Virus record (IMG/VR): IMGVR_UViG_3300043407_000177
Coordinates: 1 to 26,881 of that record
DNA: 26,881 nucleotides
Strand: one strand, 5' to 3'
Origin: a virus
Taxonomy: Duplodnaviria > Caudoviricetes
Shown here: positions 7,208-15,723 of the stretch, one piece after another
How the letters are laid out: the number at the start of each line of letters is the position of its first letter
Position numbering within the stretch: position 1 is the stretch's first letter
Made by a program: the position numbers and the translations under genes
Notes under the pieces: generated by a model
Told to the model about the DNA's origin: nothing
Databases searched by the model: none
Seen by the model: the letters and a program-made list of their open reading frames with translations, nothing else

Positions 7208-8191
7208 ATGGCAGCCCCCGATTTTACCGCTTCACGATTAGGCCTTGTTAACGCCGCAGGTGGTGGCACCTGGGCCGGTGACAACGCCCTGTTCCTTCAG
7301 GTCTGGGCCGGTGAAGTTCTCACCGCGTTCCGCAAGGCCACCATCTTTGAGCCCCTGCACACTGTCCGCACCATCAGCTCTGGCAAATCCGCGTCGTTTC
7401 CGATCGTCGGTCTCAACTCCGCTGCGTACCACACCCCCGGCACCATGCTGACGGGCACCGCAGTCAAGAACGCTGAGGCTGTCATCAAGATCGACGACAA
7501 GCTCGTTTCCAACGTGTTTGTTGCTGACATCGACGAGGCCAAGAACCACTGGGACGTGCGTTCTCCGTATTCCGCGGAGATGGGCAACGCCCTGGCGTAC
7601 ACCTTCGACCGCAACATCGCGGCGATGATTGCCAAGGCAGCTCGTACCGCCACCAACTTCAACACCGACCTGCCCGGCGGTACCCGCATCAAGATCATTG
7701 CTGCCACCAAGGCTGCGATCACTGGCGCTCAGCTAGCCACCGCTCTGTTCTCCGCTGCCCAGCGGATGGACGAGAACAACTTGCCTGAGAACGACCGGTA
7801 CTGCGTACTGGCTCCGGCCGAGTACTACAAACTCGTCCAGACCACCGACGTGATCAACCGCGATTGGGGCGGCGCTGGCGCTTATGCCGACGGCACCGTG
7901 CTGAAGGTTGCTGGCATCACCATCCTCAAGTCGAACCACCTGCCCACCACCAACCGCACTGCGGTCACCGGTGAGCAGAACGACTACACCGCTGACTTCA
8001 CGACCTCCGTCGCTCTTGCTTTCAACAAGCAGGCTGTCGGCACCGTGAAGTTGATGGACATGAAGATGGAGCAGACCGGTGCTGATGTCCATGCTCTGTG
8101 GCAAGGCACCTTCATGGTTGCCTCCATGGCCCTGGGCTCTGGCATCCTGCGTCCCGATTGTGCGGTTGAGATCTATACCGCGACCAGCTGA
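7208..8191 (+). CDS. major capsid protein, T7 gp10-like
   Basis: ATG 7208 after AGGAG. Motifs ALFLQVWAGEVLTAF, RTISSGKSASFP, IKIDDKL, DVRSPYSAEMGNALA..FDRNI, VLKVAGITILKSNHLP, GILRPDCAVEI. Confidence 0.97.
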   Translation: MAAPDFTASRLGLVNAAGGGTWAGDNALFLQVWAGEVLTAFRKATIFEPLHTVRTISSGKSASFPIVGLNSAAYHTPGTMLTGTAVKNAEAVIKIDDKLVSNVFVADIDEAKNHWDVRSPYSAEMGNALAYTFDRNIAAMIAKAARTATNFNTDLPGGTRIKIIAATKAAITGAQLATALFSAAQRMDENNLPENDRYCVLAPAEYYKLVQTTDVINRDWGGAGAYADGTVLKVAGITILKSNHLPTTNRTAVTGEQNDYTADFTTSVALAFNKQAVGTVKLMDMKMEQTGADVHALWQGTFMVASMALGSGILRPDCAVEIYTATS

Positions 8192-8204
8192 ACGCGGTCA
8201 ATAT

Positions 8205-8234
8205 GGGGGGACTCCGGTTCCCCCTTTTTCTTTT
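8205..8234 (+). terminator. T-phi-like intrinsic terminator after the capsid gene
   Basis: GGGGGGAC-TCCG-GTTCCCCC followed by TTTTTCTTTT, at the canonical gp10/gp11 position. Confidence 0.88.
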
Positions 8235-8246
8235 GGGGCTTTCGCC

Positions 8247-8855
8247 ATGACCCTTGCTCGCACCACGTTCCTGGAAGCCGTGAACCGGGTGCTGCAAATG
8301 CTCGGCGAGGCACCAGTCAACAGTCTCAATGGCCAGTTCGGCCTGGCACAACAAGCCCAAGACGCCATCAACGACGTCTCTCGCAAGATCCAGACCGAGG
8401 GGTGGTCGTTCAATACGGACTACGAGCGCCTGCTGATGCGGGACTCAGTGACCAAACAGATCGGCATTGGGTCCAACGTCAGCCGGGTCAAGGTCGACCC
8501 CTACTCCTACCCAGACGTCGACGTCGTCATGAGAGGGGGCAGGCTTTACGACCGTCGGGCTGGCAGCTACCAGTTCGACGAGGACCTACGTGCCGACGTC
8601 ACCTACATCCTTGAGTGGGACGAGGTGCCTGAGTACGCCCACCAGTACTTCATGATCAAGGCTGGCCGCCAGTTGCAGGAAGCGATCCTGGGATCAGCTG
8701 ACCTGTCGCGGATCAACGTCACTGCCGAGGCTGAGGCCCGCAGCTTGTTCCTGGAGGAAGAGACGACCCGTGGGGACCACAGCTGGCTACGTGGCAATCC
8801 AAACCACACAGATGTTTTCATGACTTACAAGCCCGCCTGGGCCCTGCGTCGTTAA
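8247..8855 (+). CDS. tail tubular protein A (adaptor), T7 gp11-like
   Basis: Likely start ATG 8247: MTLARTTFLEAVNRVLQMLGEAPVNSL...IQTEGWSFNT...GGRLYDR; follows the capsid terminator. Confidence 0.93.
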   Translation: MTLARTTFLEAVNRVLQMLGEAPVNSLNGQFGLAQQAQDAINDVSRKIQTEGWSFNTDYERLLMRDSVTKQIGIGSNVSRVKVDPYSYPDVDVVMRGGRLYDRRAGSYQFDEDLRADVTYILEWDEVPEYAHQYFMIKAGRQLQEAILGSADLSRINVTAEAEARSLFLEEETTRGDHSWLRGNPNHTDVFMTYKPAWALRR

Positions 8856-8858
8856 GCC

Positions 8859-11282
8859 ATGCCACTGATCAGTAGCTCCATACCAAACCTGATCAACGGG
8901 GTCAGCCAGCAACCAGCAGCGTTGCGACTGGCGTCTCAGTGCGAGCAGATGGTCAACTGCATGCCCAGCCCGGTCGAGGGGTTGAAGAAGCGACCACCGG
9001 CGCAACACGTGGCCAAGTTGTTCGCGGGTTCAGCTGGTGCCAACCGTCCGTTCACGACCATCGTGGATCGCGACGGGACCATCCAGTTCCTGGTGTTGCT
9101 CCTGGACAACGACATCAAAGTCTTTGGCCTGGATGGATCCGTCAAGACGGTGGCCACGCCTGACGGCACGTCGTACCTCAACATCACTGGTGAACCCAGT
9201 GCCGTGTTTCGCGTGGCATCGGTGGCTGACTACACGTTCATCGTGAGCCGTGAAAAGACGGTGGCCATGGCAGCCACGACGTCACCCACCTGGGGCACCA
9301 AGTCCATGGTGTTCATCAAGTCTGCTGACTACGCCACCACTTACAGCATCACCGTCAACGGCACCACCGTCACGTACACCACAGCCAACGCAGGTGGCAA
9401 TGTGCCGAGCACCGTGGACATTGCGCTCAACCTGCGCAACTCACTGGCCACGGCCCTTGGAGCTGGCTGGACCATCACGGCCAGCGACTACATCGTGCGA
9501 ATCGTCAAAAACGACGGCACTGACTACACGTTGGGCAGCTCCGACACCAGGATCGGCACGGCAACGGTGCCCATCAAAGGCACAGTGGACACCATCTCCG
9601 ACCTGCCGACCAAGGCTGAGCATGGCTTCATCGTCAAGATCATTGGGACAGCAGCCACTGGGGCTGACGACTACTACGTCAAGTTCGTGACTACCACCGG
9701 CTCTGGCTTTGGCCATGGCGTCTGGCAGGAGACAGTGGCCCCTGGCATCCAGTACTTGTTTGATGCGACAACCATGCCGCACGTGCTGGTGCGCAACAAC
9801 GACGGGACCTTCACCTTCAGGAAGTTCGATTGGTCGGGTCGGGTCGCCGGTGACAACATCACCGCAAAGGAGCCGAGCTTTGTTGGGTCCACGATCCAGA
9901 ACGTCAACCTGTTCCGCAATCGGCTTGCGTTGTTGGCTGATGAGAACGTCATCATGTCGGCAGCTGATGCGTACGACAGGTTCTGGCCGGAGTCCGTGCA
10001 GACCGTGGTCGACTCGGACCCCATTGATCTCAGTGCCGGCAGCAGAAAGATCAACCTGCTGACGTCGAGCCTGGCTTTTGCCGACGTGTTGCTGGTCTTC
10101 AGTCGCAACGGGCAATTCAGGTTGAGTGGTGGCAATGCAGTCGCTGCGTCGTTGACACCTAAGACCGCGACGATCACCCAGATCACAGCGTTTGAGATGA
10201 GCCAAGCGGTGGACCCGGTGATCGTGGGTCGCACCATGTACTTCCCGGTGCCCAGGGGTGAGTACGGCGGCTTGAGGGAGTTCTTCTTGCCGGATGCATC
10301 AGGCCCGGTGCCTACGTCGGAGGAAGTGACAGCAGCGGTGCCACGGTTTCTGCCGTCGGACTTGTCCAACCTGATTGCGACAGCAGCCGAGGAAGCGGTC
10401 TACGCCGTGGCCAAGAGCCAGCCCCGGCGCATCTATCTCTACAAGTTCCTGTTCCAAGGGGACAACAAGCTGCAGAGCGCCTGGAGTTACTGGGAGCTCA
10501 ATGCCGGCAAGAGCGTGATCGGCATCGACCTGGTCGACAGTGACCTGTATGTCGTGGCCCAGTACTCCGATGGCGTGTACCTAGAACAAATCGTGACTCA
10601 CCCGGAATCCGTGGACGCAGGCACGACGGTGGAGATGCTGGTGGACCGGAAGACCACGGAAGCCAGTTGCTCCGTGGCGTTGACGACGCCAGGTGGACTC
10701 GACATCCAGAGCACCATCACCTTGCCGTACCCCATCAACACCAGCACCAGCAACATGACTGTGGTCGGCCGGTCATTTGCCGGCAACACATTGATGCACG
10801 GCCAGGTCGTTCAGCTTCTGTCGTCGACTGCCGCTGGTGGCGCTGGTGGCAACGGTACCCTTACGGTCCGCGGCAACTTGACTGGTGCCAAGTTCTTTGT
10901 CGGTGAGTCGTATCCCATGCTGTACGAGTTCAGCACCCAGTACCTGAAAGAGCAGCCGCCTGGTGGTGGCATGGCTGTGATCTCAGGTCCCAAGCTGCAG
11001 CTCCGCACCTGGACCATGCTGTTTGACAAGACGTCGTCGTTCAACATCAAGATCACCCCACGGGGCCGGGACACCATGACGTACCCGTACACCGGGTTCG
11101 AGGTTGGGGACCAGGAGATCGGCCTGGGTGAGCTGGCCCTCCGCACCTCCAAGTTTCGGGTGCCGGTCATGGCTCAGAACATCGAGGCCAAGATCGAAGT
11201 CACCAGCTCCTCCCCGCTGCCCTGTCGGCTCCAGTCGGCAGAGTGGGAAGGTTTCTACCACACCCGAGCTGCACGACTGTGA
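8859..11282 (+). CDS. tail tubular protein B (nozzle), T7 gp12-like
   Basis: Motifs MPLISSSIPNLINGVSQQP, GLKKRPP, TMPHVLVR, PSFVG..I....FRNRL, QSAWSYW, SAEWEG; 807 aa. Confidence 0.95.
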   Translation: MPLISSSIPNLINGVSQQPAALRLASQCEQMVNCMPSPVEGLKKRPPAQHVAKLFAGSAGANRPFTTIVDRDGTIQFLVLLLDNDIKVFGLDGSVKTVATPDGTSYLNITGEPSAVFRVASVADYTFIVSREKTVAMAATTSPTWGTKSMVFIKSADYATTYSITVNGTTVTYTTANAGGNVPSTVDIALNLRNSLATALGAGWTITASDYIVRIVKNDGTDYTLGSSDTRIGTATVPIKGTVDTISDLPTKAEHGFIVKIIGTAATGADDYYVKFVTTTGSGFGHGVWQETVAPGIQYLFDATTMPHVLVRNNDGTFTFRKFDWSGRVAGDNITAKEPSFVGSTIQNVNLFRNRLALLADENVIMSAADAYDRFWPESVQTVVDSDPIDLSAGSRKINLLTSSLAFADVLLVFSRNGQFRLSGGNAVAASLTPKTATITQITAFEMSQAVDPVIVGRTMYFPVPRGEYGGLREFFLPDASGPVPTSEEVTAAVPRFLPSDLSNLIATAAEEAVYAVAKSQPRRIYLYKFLFQGDNKLQSAWSYWELNAGKSVIGIDLVDSDLYVVAQYSDGVYLEQIVTHPESVDAGTTVEMLVDRKTTEASCSVALTTPGGLDIQSTITLPYPINTSTSNMTVVGRSFAGNTLMHGQVVQLLSSTAAGGAGGNGTLTVRGNLTGAKFFVGESYPMLYEFSTQYLKEQPPGGGMAVISGPKLQLRTWTMLFDKTSSFNIKITPRGRDTMTYPYTGFEVGDQEIGLGELALRTSKFRVPVMAQNIEAKIEVTSSSPLPCRLQSAEWEGFYHTRAARL

Positions 11283-11746
11283 CGTCCGCGTACACCAGGC
11301 CCACCAGGGTCGCTGACATCCCCTACGTGGCGGAGTTCATGAGGGAGGAGGACGTCGCAGAAGTACGGGCGCACTCAGGCCACACCCCTCAGGAGTCCCT
11401 GCTGCACAGCTTTTTTGCTGGGTCTCCCTGCATGACCATGATCGGGAGAGACGGCAGGCCCATGGGCATGTGGGGCGTCGTTCCACAAGACGGAGACATT
11501 GGCACGATCTGGATGCTGTGCACCGACGACCTGGTCCGGGACCGTCTCAACTCCATGCGGTTCCTGAGAGAGGCTCGGACCCACCTCGACCGAGTCCAAC
11601 TCCGCTACCGGGTGCTTTTCAATCTCGCAGATGCTCGTAACGTGGTGCATATCAAATGGTTGCGGTGGATGGGGTTTACCTTCATCTCGTCGCATCCCAG
11701 ATTCGGAACAGAAGGTCGGCTGTTCCATGAGTTCGTGAGGATCTAG
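11279..11746 (+). CDS. T7 gp13-like protein (GNAT/acetyltransferase-like)
   Basis: Likely GTG start at 11279 (GTGA overlap). Motifs MREEDVAEV, MWGV, GTIWMLCTD, LFNLADARNVVHIKWLRWMGFTF. Confidence 0.85.
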   Translation: MTSAYTRPTRVADIPYVAEFMREEDVAEVRAHSGHTPQESLLHSFFAGSPCMTMIGRDGRPMGMWGVVPQDGDIGTIWMLCTDDLVRDRLNSMRFLREARTHLDRVQLRYRVLFNLADARNVVHIKWLRWMGFTFISSHPRFGTEGRLFHEFVRI

Positions 11747-11750
11747 AGCT

Positions 11751-12548
11751 ATGTGCGAACCGGTCTCCATCACCCTTGGCATCCTTAGTGCCGGCCTGGG
11801 CATTGGTCAAGCGGTGGCTGGCTACAAGTCTGCCCAGCAGCAAGTCGACTTCGCCAATGCCCAGGCCCAACAAGGGTTCCGGTTTCAGCAGATGCAAGCC
11901 AGCTCGACCCGGAACTTTGAGGTGATGCGGGCCAACCAACAGGAAGAAGTGATGCGGATCAACCGCCTGATGGCCGACAACTCGTTCTACGACGACATCG
12001 CACAGCTCAATCTCCGACTGATGCAAGACACTGCTGCGACCAGTCAGCAACAACAACAAGCTGCAACCGCAGGAGCCAAGGCCAGGGGCGAGGTGCTGGC
12101 GTCAGGGCGGCTGGGCAACACGGTGGAAACGCTGATGGCCGACGTCTACAGGCAGCAAGCTCAATACGACTACTACAGCAGCCAGAATCTGGCGTTTACT
12201 GGCCAACAGATTCAACTTGAGAAACGTGGGGCCGCCGCCCAGCGTGGCTCCCGGATCGCCAGTCAACAGGCGTACATCAAGCAACCGGTGCTGGATCCAC
12301 AAGAGCCCCTTTACCAAGCGAAGCCCAGCATGTTGCCGTTCATCCTGCAGGGCGCAGGTGCCGTCGTCAGTGGCGTCCAAACGGGCATGAGCACAAGCGC
12401 GTCGCTCAACAAGATCAAGACGGGCCAGCCGCCACCGGTGCCAAAGGCGACTCCCAGTTCCGCAAGCGCCACAGGCTTTGGTGGTGGGTTCAGTTCCGGC
12501 ATCCAACCAATCACGGCGGCCGATTACAGCGGTCGTTTCAAGAGATAA
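11751..12548 (+). CDS. internal virion protein, T7 gp14-like
   Basis: MCEPVSITLGILSAGLG hydrophobic N-terminus, Gln/Ala-rich helical body, position after gp13. Confidence 0.8.
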   Translation: MCEPVSITLGILSAGLGIGQAVAGYKSAQQQVDFANAQAQQGFRFQQMQASSTRNFEVMRANQQEEVMRINRLMADNSFYDDIAQLNLRLMQDTAATSQQQQQAATAGAKARGEVLASGRLGNTVETLMADVYRQQAQYDYYSSQNLAFTGQQIQLEKRGAAAQRGSRIASQQAYIKQPVLDPQEPLYQAKPSMLPFILQGAGAVVSGVQTGMSTSASLNKIKTGQPPPVPKATPSSASATGFGGGFSSGIQPITAADYSGRFKR

Positions 12549-12551
12549 CTC

Positions 12552-15500
12552 ATGGCACGTCTATCCACCGGTCAGGCATACGGCGACACGGATCGCGGCA
12601 CAGCAGCGCAACTCCTGGGTGGCATCCCCACCGATGCGTCCGGTGGCGCCTTGGCCCAAGGTTCGATCAATGCTCCGGCCTTGCAGGCCCAGGCTCGGCC
12701 GGTGTCGACGTTCCAGCAGGTGGGCGCTCCGACGCTGGGTGGCGCCCCTAAGTTCTTTCCGCTCCCGGACCTGCCGACACCGAGCCAAGACTTGGCGCGA
12801 TTGGCCTCGGCACTCGGGAATCTCAGCCCGGTCCTAGGCGCCCTGGGCGACAGCTACATCCAGCAGCAAAAGAACATCGACGCCAAGGCCCAAGCGGTTG
12901 GCCAAGCTGCAGCCATGCAGCTGGTTGCCCCCGGCCAAAACTTCATCCAGGCCAGAGACAGCTTGTGGCGCCAGGCTCAAGCAGGTGACGCCGGCGCTGC
13001 TGCTGCGTACCAGCAGATGCAAGCCTTGAGCCCATTGCAACAGGCTTACACGGCTCGGTACGCGGGCCAAGCTGTGTTGCGCGAGGACATCGGCACCGCT
13101 GTTGAACGATTCAAGACCATTACCGAGATCGACGGCGTCCCGATTGACCAGATCCCGCCAGGTGATCCACGTCTCAGTGGCACCATGTCGGCCTTGTACC
13201 GCTTGCCGAAAAACGACCCGGCCGGATTTGCCGAGTTGATGCCGTTGGTGGCAGCCAAGAACGGAGAGATCAGCAGGTTGCACATGGGCATGCACCTGGA
13301 TCGCAAGGTCAATGAGGCCAGCTCAGCCAGCCAAGCAGCATTGACCAGCGGATTCATGGGGCAAGACGTTGATGTGCCTCGGATGGTGGCCGACCAAAGC
13401 CAAATGCTTACCAGCGCCAGGCTGAGTCTCGGCGTTGAGGAGTACCAAAAACTTGTTGGCAACTACGGCGACTGGCTGTCGTCCGCTGTGCTTGCAGGCA
13501 GCATGGGCAAGGGCCTCAAGCCAGACCCCCAGCGATACCACTACCTGATGGGCAAGGCGATCGACGTCTTTACCCAGGTCCAGGCCGGCCCCAATGGAGA
13601 GCTGTTGCTCGCGACGCTGGGCGCCAAAGGTGGCACAGCAGCCCAGCTGGCGTTGACCCAGAAGATGATGGTTCAACTGAAGACATTCAACGAGTCAGTT
13701 GATTCGTTCAAGGGGTCCATTGGTGAAAGCAAAGGCGTTGAGATTCTTGCAATCACCAAGGCCGATGACCCAAGCCTGACGCCAGTCGAGCGAAACAATC
13801 GTTACATGCAGGCTGATTTGATGGCTGCACAACTCACCGACGGCGAACGACAGGGCGCGCAGGCAACGATCAACAAATCCAGGACCCAGTCCAACACGTC
13901 CTGGACCAGGCCCATGCAGGAGCAGGTTGAACGCGAGACGTCGTTCAGCTACGACAAGGACCCGGCCACTGAGATCCGCAAATTTGAGCAGCTGAAAGTC
14001 AATGGCCTCATAGACCCCAGGTACGCAGACAGGATGATCGGTCAATACCGGGACTTGCAATCGGCAGATCTGCGGCCGGCCGTGAACGCTGCCAAGTTGG
14101 CCAAGGCCAGGATCATGGAACAGGAAATGGCAGCAATGAAGTTGCCTGGGTCGGAGGGTGGCACGGCCATCACCAAGAAAGAGAGCTTGTTCCTTGTCAA
14201 CCGGGACGTCGAACTGTCGAACAGCATCGAGATCATGCGTCGTCAGACCATGGCCGACGGCAGTGGTCAGGAAGGGTTCCAAAACAGGCTGGCGCCCTGG
14301 GTGCAGAAGCAAGAAGCGCAAGCCCCCAAGCCCGCCAATCCCAGCATGGTTCCCTTGATGCCCAAAGGGCCCGAAGCCTGGATGCAAGGTCTTGGCCTTA
14401 ACCAGCTGGGTCCCGGCAACAGGGCCGCCAATCACGTACTTCAGCAACGGGTCGACAGCGGTGTTGTTATGCCCCCGGCGGAGTTCTTTAAGAACTACGA
14501 CGACTACGTCGAGAACGGTCGCTTGTCGGACGCCATGAAGCTGTTGATCAAGCGCAGCGGGTACGGTGCCGCGCCGTCCCAGTTCTTTTACAAGCAGTGG
14601 GACAAGATGGCACCTGAGGGCGCCAAGATAAATCCGAAAGACATTGAGCTTCTGAAGGCGCGGGATCAGCAAAAGATCAGTTACGCGCAACCAGGCGCTG
14701 GCGGGGTTCCTGTGGCGGCCAACCCCTACATGCAGACAGCGGCAAATCTCAACAACTTGATCCGAAGTGCCGGAGCTGGGGCCTTGAACGTCTTCATGCC
14801 ACCAGCTTCAGCTGCAACGCTCGACTCGCAGGGAGGCGGCCGGTATGGCGAAAGCCCTTTTACGGGTAGCGGATCGCCCGGTCGATGGGACGATGGCCCC
14901 GCCATCCGTGGCAGTTCGGGTGATTCGGGCGCCGGTTACACCATCTCTGGGATGAAGGACGAGAAGGGTCGCCCTCCTGTCTTCACCAAGCAGGGGGCCA
15001 ATGCGTTCGCCGCAATGGTGAGGGACTCAGGCGGCCAGGTGAAGGCGAGCGACATCGCCAGCTCTCAGCGCACTCCCGCCAAAAACAGAGCAGAGCGTGG
15101 TGCCGAGGGATCGTTGCACTTGGGGGGCAATGCGATGGACATCCACGGCACCTCGATCGCCTGGATCCGCAAGAACGGGGCCCGCTACGGCTGGGTGGTC
15201 AACGACTACCCCGGCTCCCATGGCGGCCATGTGGAGTTCCGCAGCAGCAGCAGTCAGGCCCCTGCAATGGCAACTCCAGCCACCAGGCGGGGTGGTGGCA
15301 TGACGGGCATTGCCACTTACTACACCGGCAGCGGTGGCAGCGACGGCGTCGTTGGTGCCATGACGGCTAACAACAAAGATCGCTTCAATCCCAACCACAT
15401 GACAGCTGCGGTGCAGCGTTCCTTGCGTGGCAAGTATCTGGACAAGTGGCTTCTGGTAGAAGACTTGGACACCGGCAAGTCAGTGCGGGTTTACGCCAAC

Positions 15501-15680
15501 GACGTCGGGTCCATGAAAGGGACCGATAGCTCCATCAACCGCCAGGACCCACGCATCGTTGACTTGTCCCCGGCAGCCTTCAAGCAGTTGTACGGAAGCC
15601 TGGATCAAGGCCCCGGCCGGATCCGAGTCCGAATCGACCCGAATCAACGCGGTCGGTCGCCGTCCCGCGTGAAGCCTTAG
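12552..15680 (+). CDS. internal virion protein, gp15 position, with C-terminal M15-like peptidase and RlpA-like domains
   Basis: 1042 aa with a helical N-terminal body. SLHLGGNAMD...HGGHVEF (15111-15239) and GIATYY...TAN...MTAA...NDVG...IVDLSPAAFKQL (15306-15590). Confidence 0.82.
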   Translation: MARLSTGQAYGDTDRGTAAQLLGGIPTDASGGALAQGSINAPALQAQARPVSTFQQVGAPTLGGAPKFFPLPDLPTPSQDLARLASALGNLSPVLGALGDSYIQQQKNIDAKAQAVGQAAAMQLVAPGQNFIQARDSLWRQAQAGDAGAAAAYQQMQALSPLQQAYTARYAGQAVLREDIGTAVERFKTITEIDGVPIDQIPPGDPRLSGTMSALYRLPKNDPAGFAELMPLVAAKNGEISRLHMGMHLDRKVNEASSASQAALTSGFMGQDVDVPRMVADQSQMLTSARLSLGVEEYQKLVGNYGDWLSSAVLAGSMGKGLKPDPQRYHYLMGKAIDVFTQVQAGPNGELLLATLGAKGGTAAQLALTQKMMVQLKTFNESVDSFKGSIGESKGVEILAITKADDPSLTPVERNNRYMQADLMAAQLTDGERQGAQATINKSRTQSNTSWTRPMQEQVERETSFSYDKDPATEIRKFEQLKVNGLIDPRYADRMIGQYRDLQSADLRPAVNAAKLAKARIMEQEMAAMKLPGSEGGTAITKKESLFLVNRDVELSNSIEIMRRQTMADGSGQEGFQNRLAPWVQKQEAQAPKPANPSMVPLMPKGPEAWMQGLGLNQLGPGNRAANHVLQQRVDSGVVMPPAEFFKNYDDYVENGRLSDAMKLLIKRSGYGAAPSQFFYKQWDKMAPEGAKINPKDIELLKARDQQKISYAQPGAGGVPVAANPYMQTAANLNNLIRSAGAGALNVFMPPASAATLDSQGGGRYGESPFTGSGSPGRWDDGPAIRGSSGDSGAGYTISGMKDEKGRPPVFTKQGANAFAAMVRDSGGQVKASDIASSQRTPAKNRAERGAEGSLHLGGNAMDIHGTSIAWIRKNGARYGWVVNDYPGSHGGHVEFRSSSSQAPAMATPATRRGGGMTGIATYYTGSGGSDGVVGAMTANNKDRFNPNHMTAAVQRSLRGKYLDKWLLVEDLDTGKSVRVYANDVGSMKGTDSSINRQDPRIVDLSPAAFKQLYGSLDQGPGRIRVRIDPNQRGRSPSRVKP

Positions 15681-15723
15681 CGCAATTCGGGCGGTAACGT
15701 CGTTGCATACAGGTCGCTAAGTC

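Noticed and set aside
8079-8246. The tail tubular A frame is open upstream across the capsid stop, suggesting a capsid frameshift fusion like T7 gp10B
   Set aside because: It would need a +1 shift with no evident slippery site and would read through the terminator. The -1 frame has a stop at 8167-8169. ATG 8247 gives a normal gp11 N-terminus.
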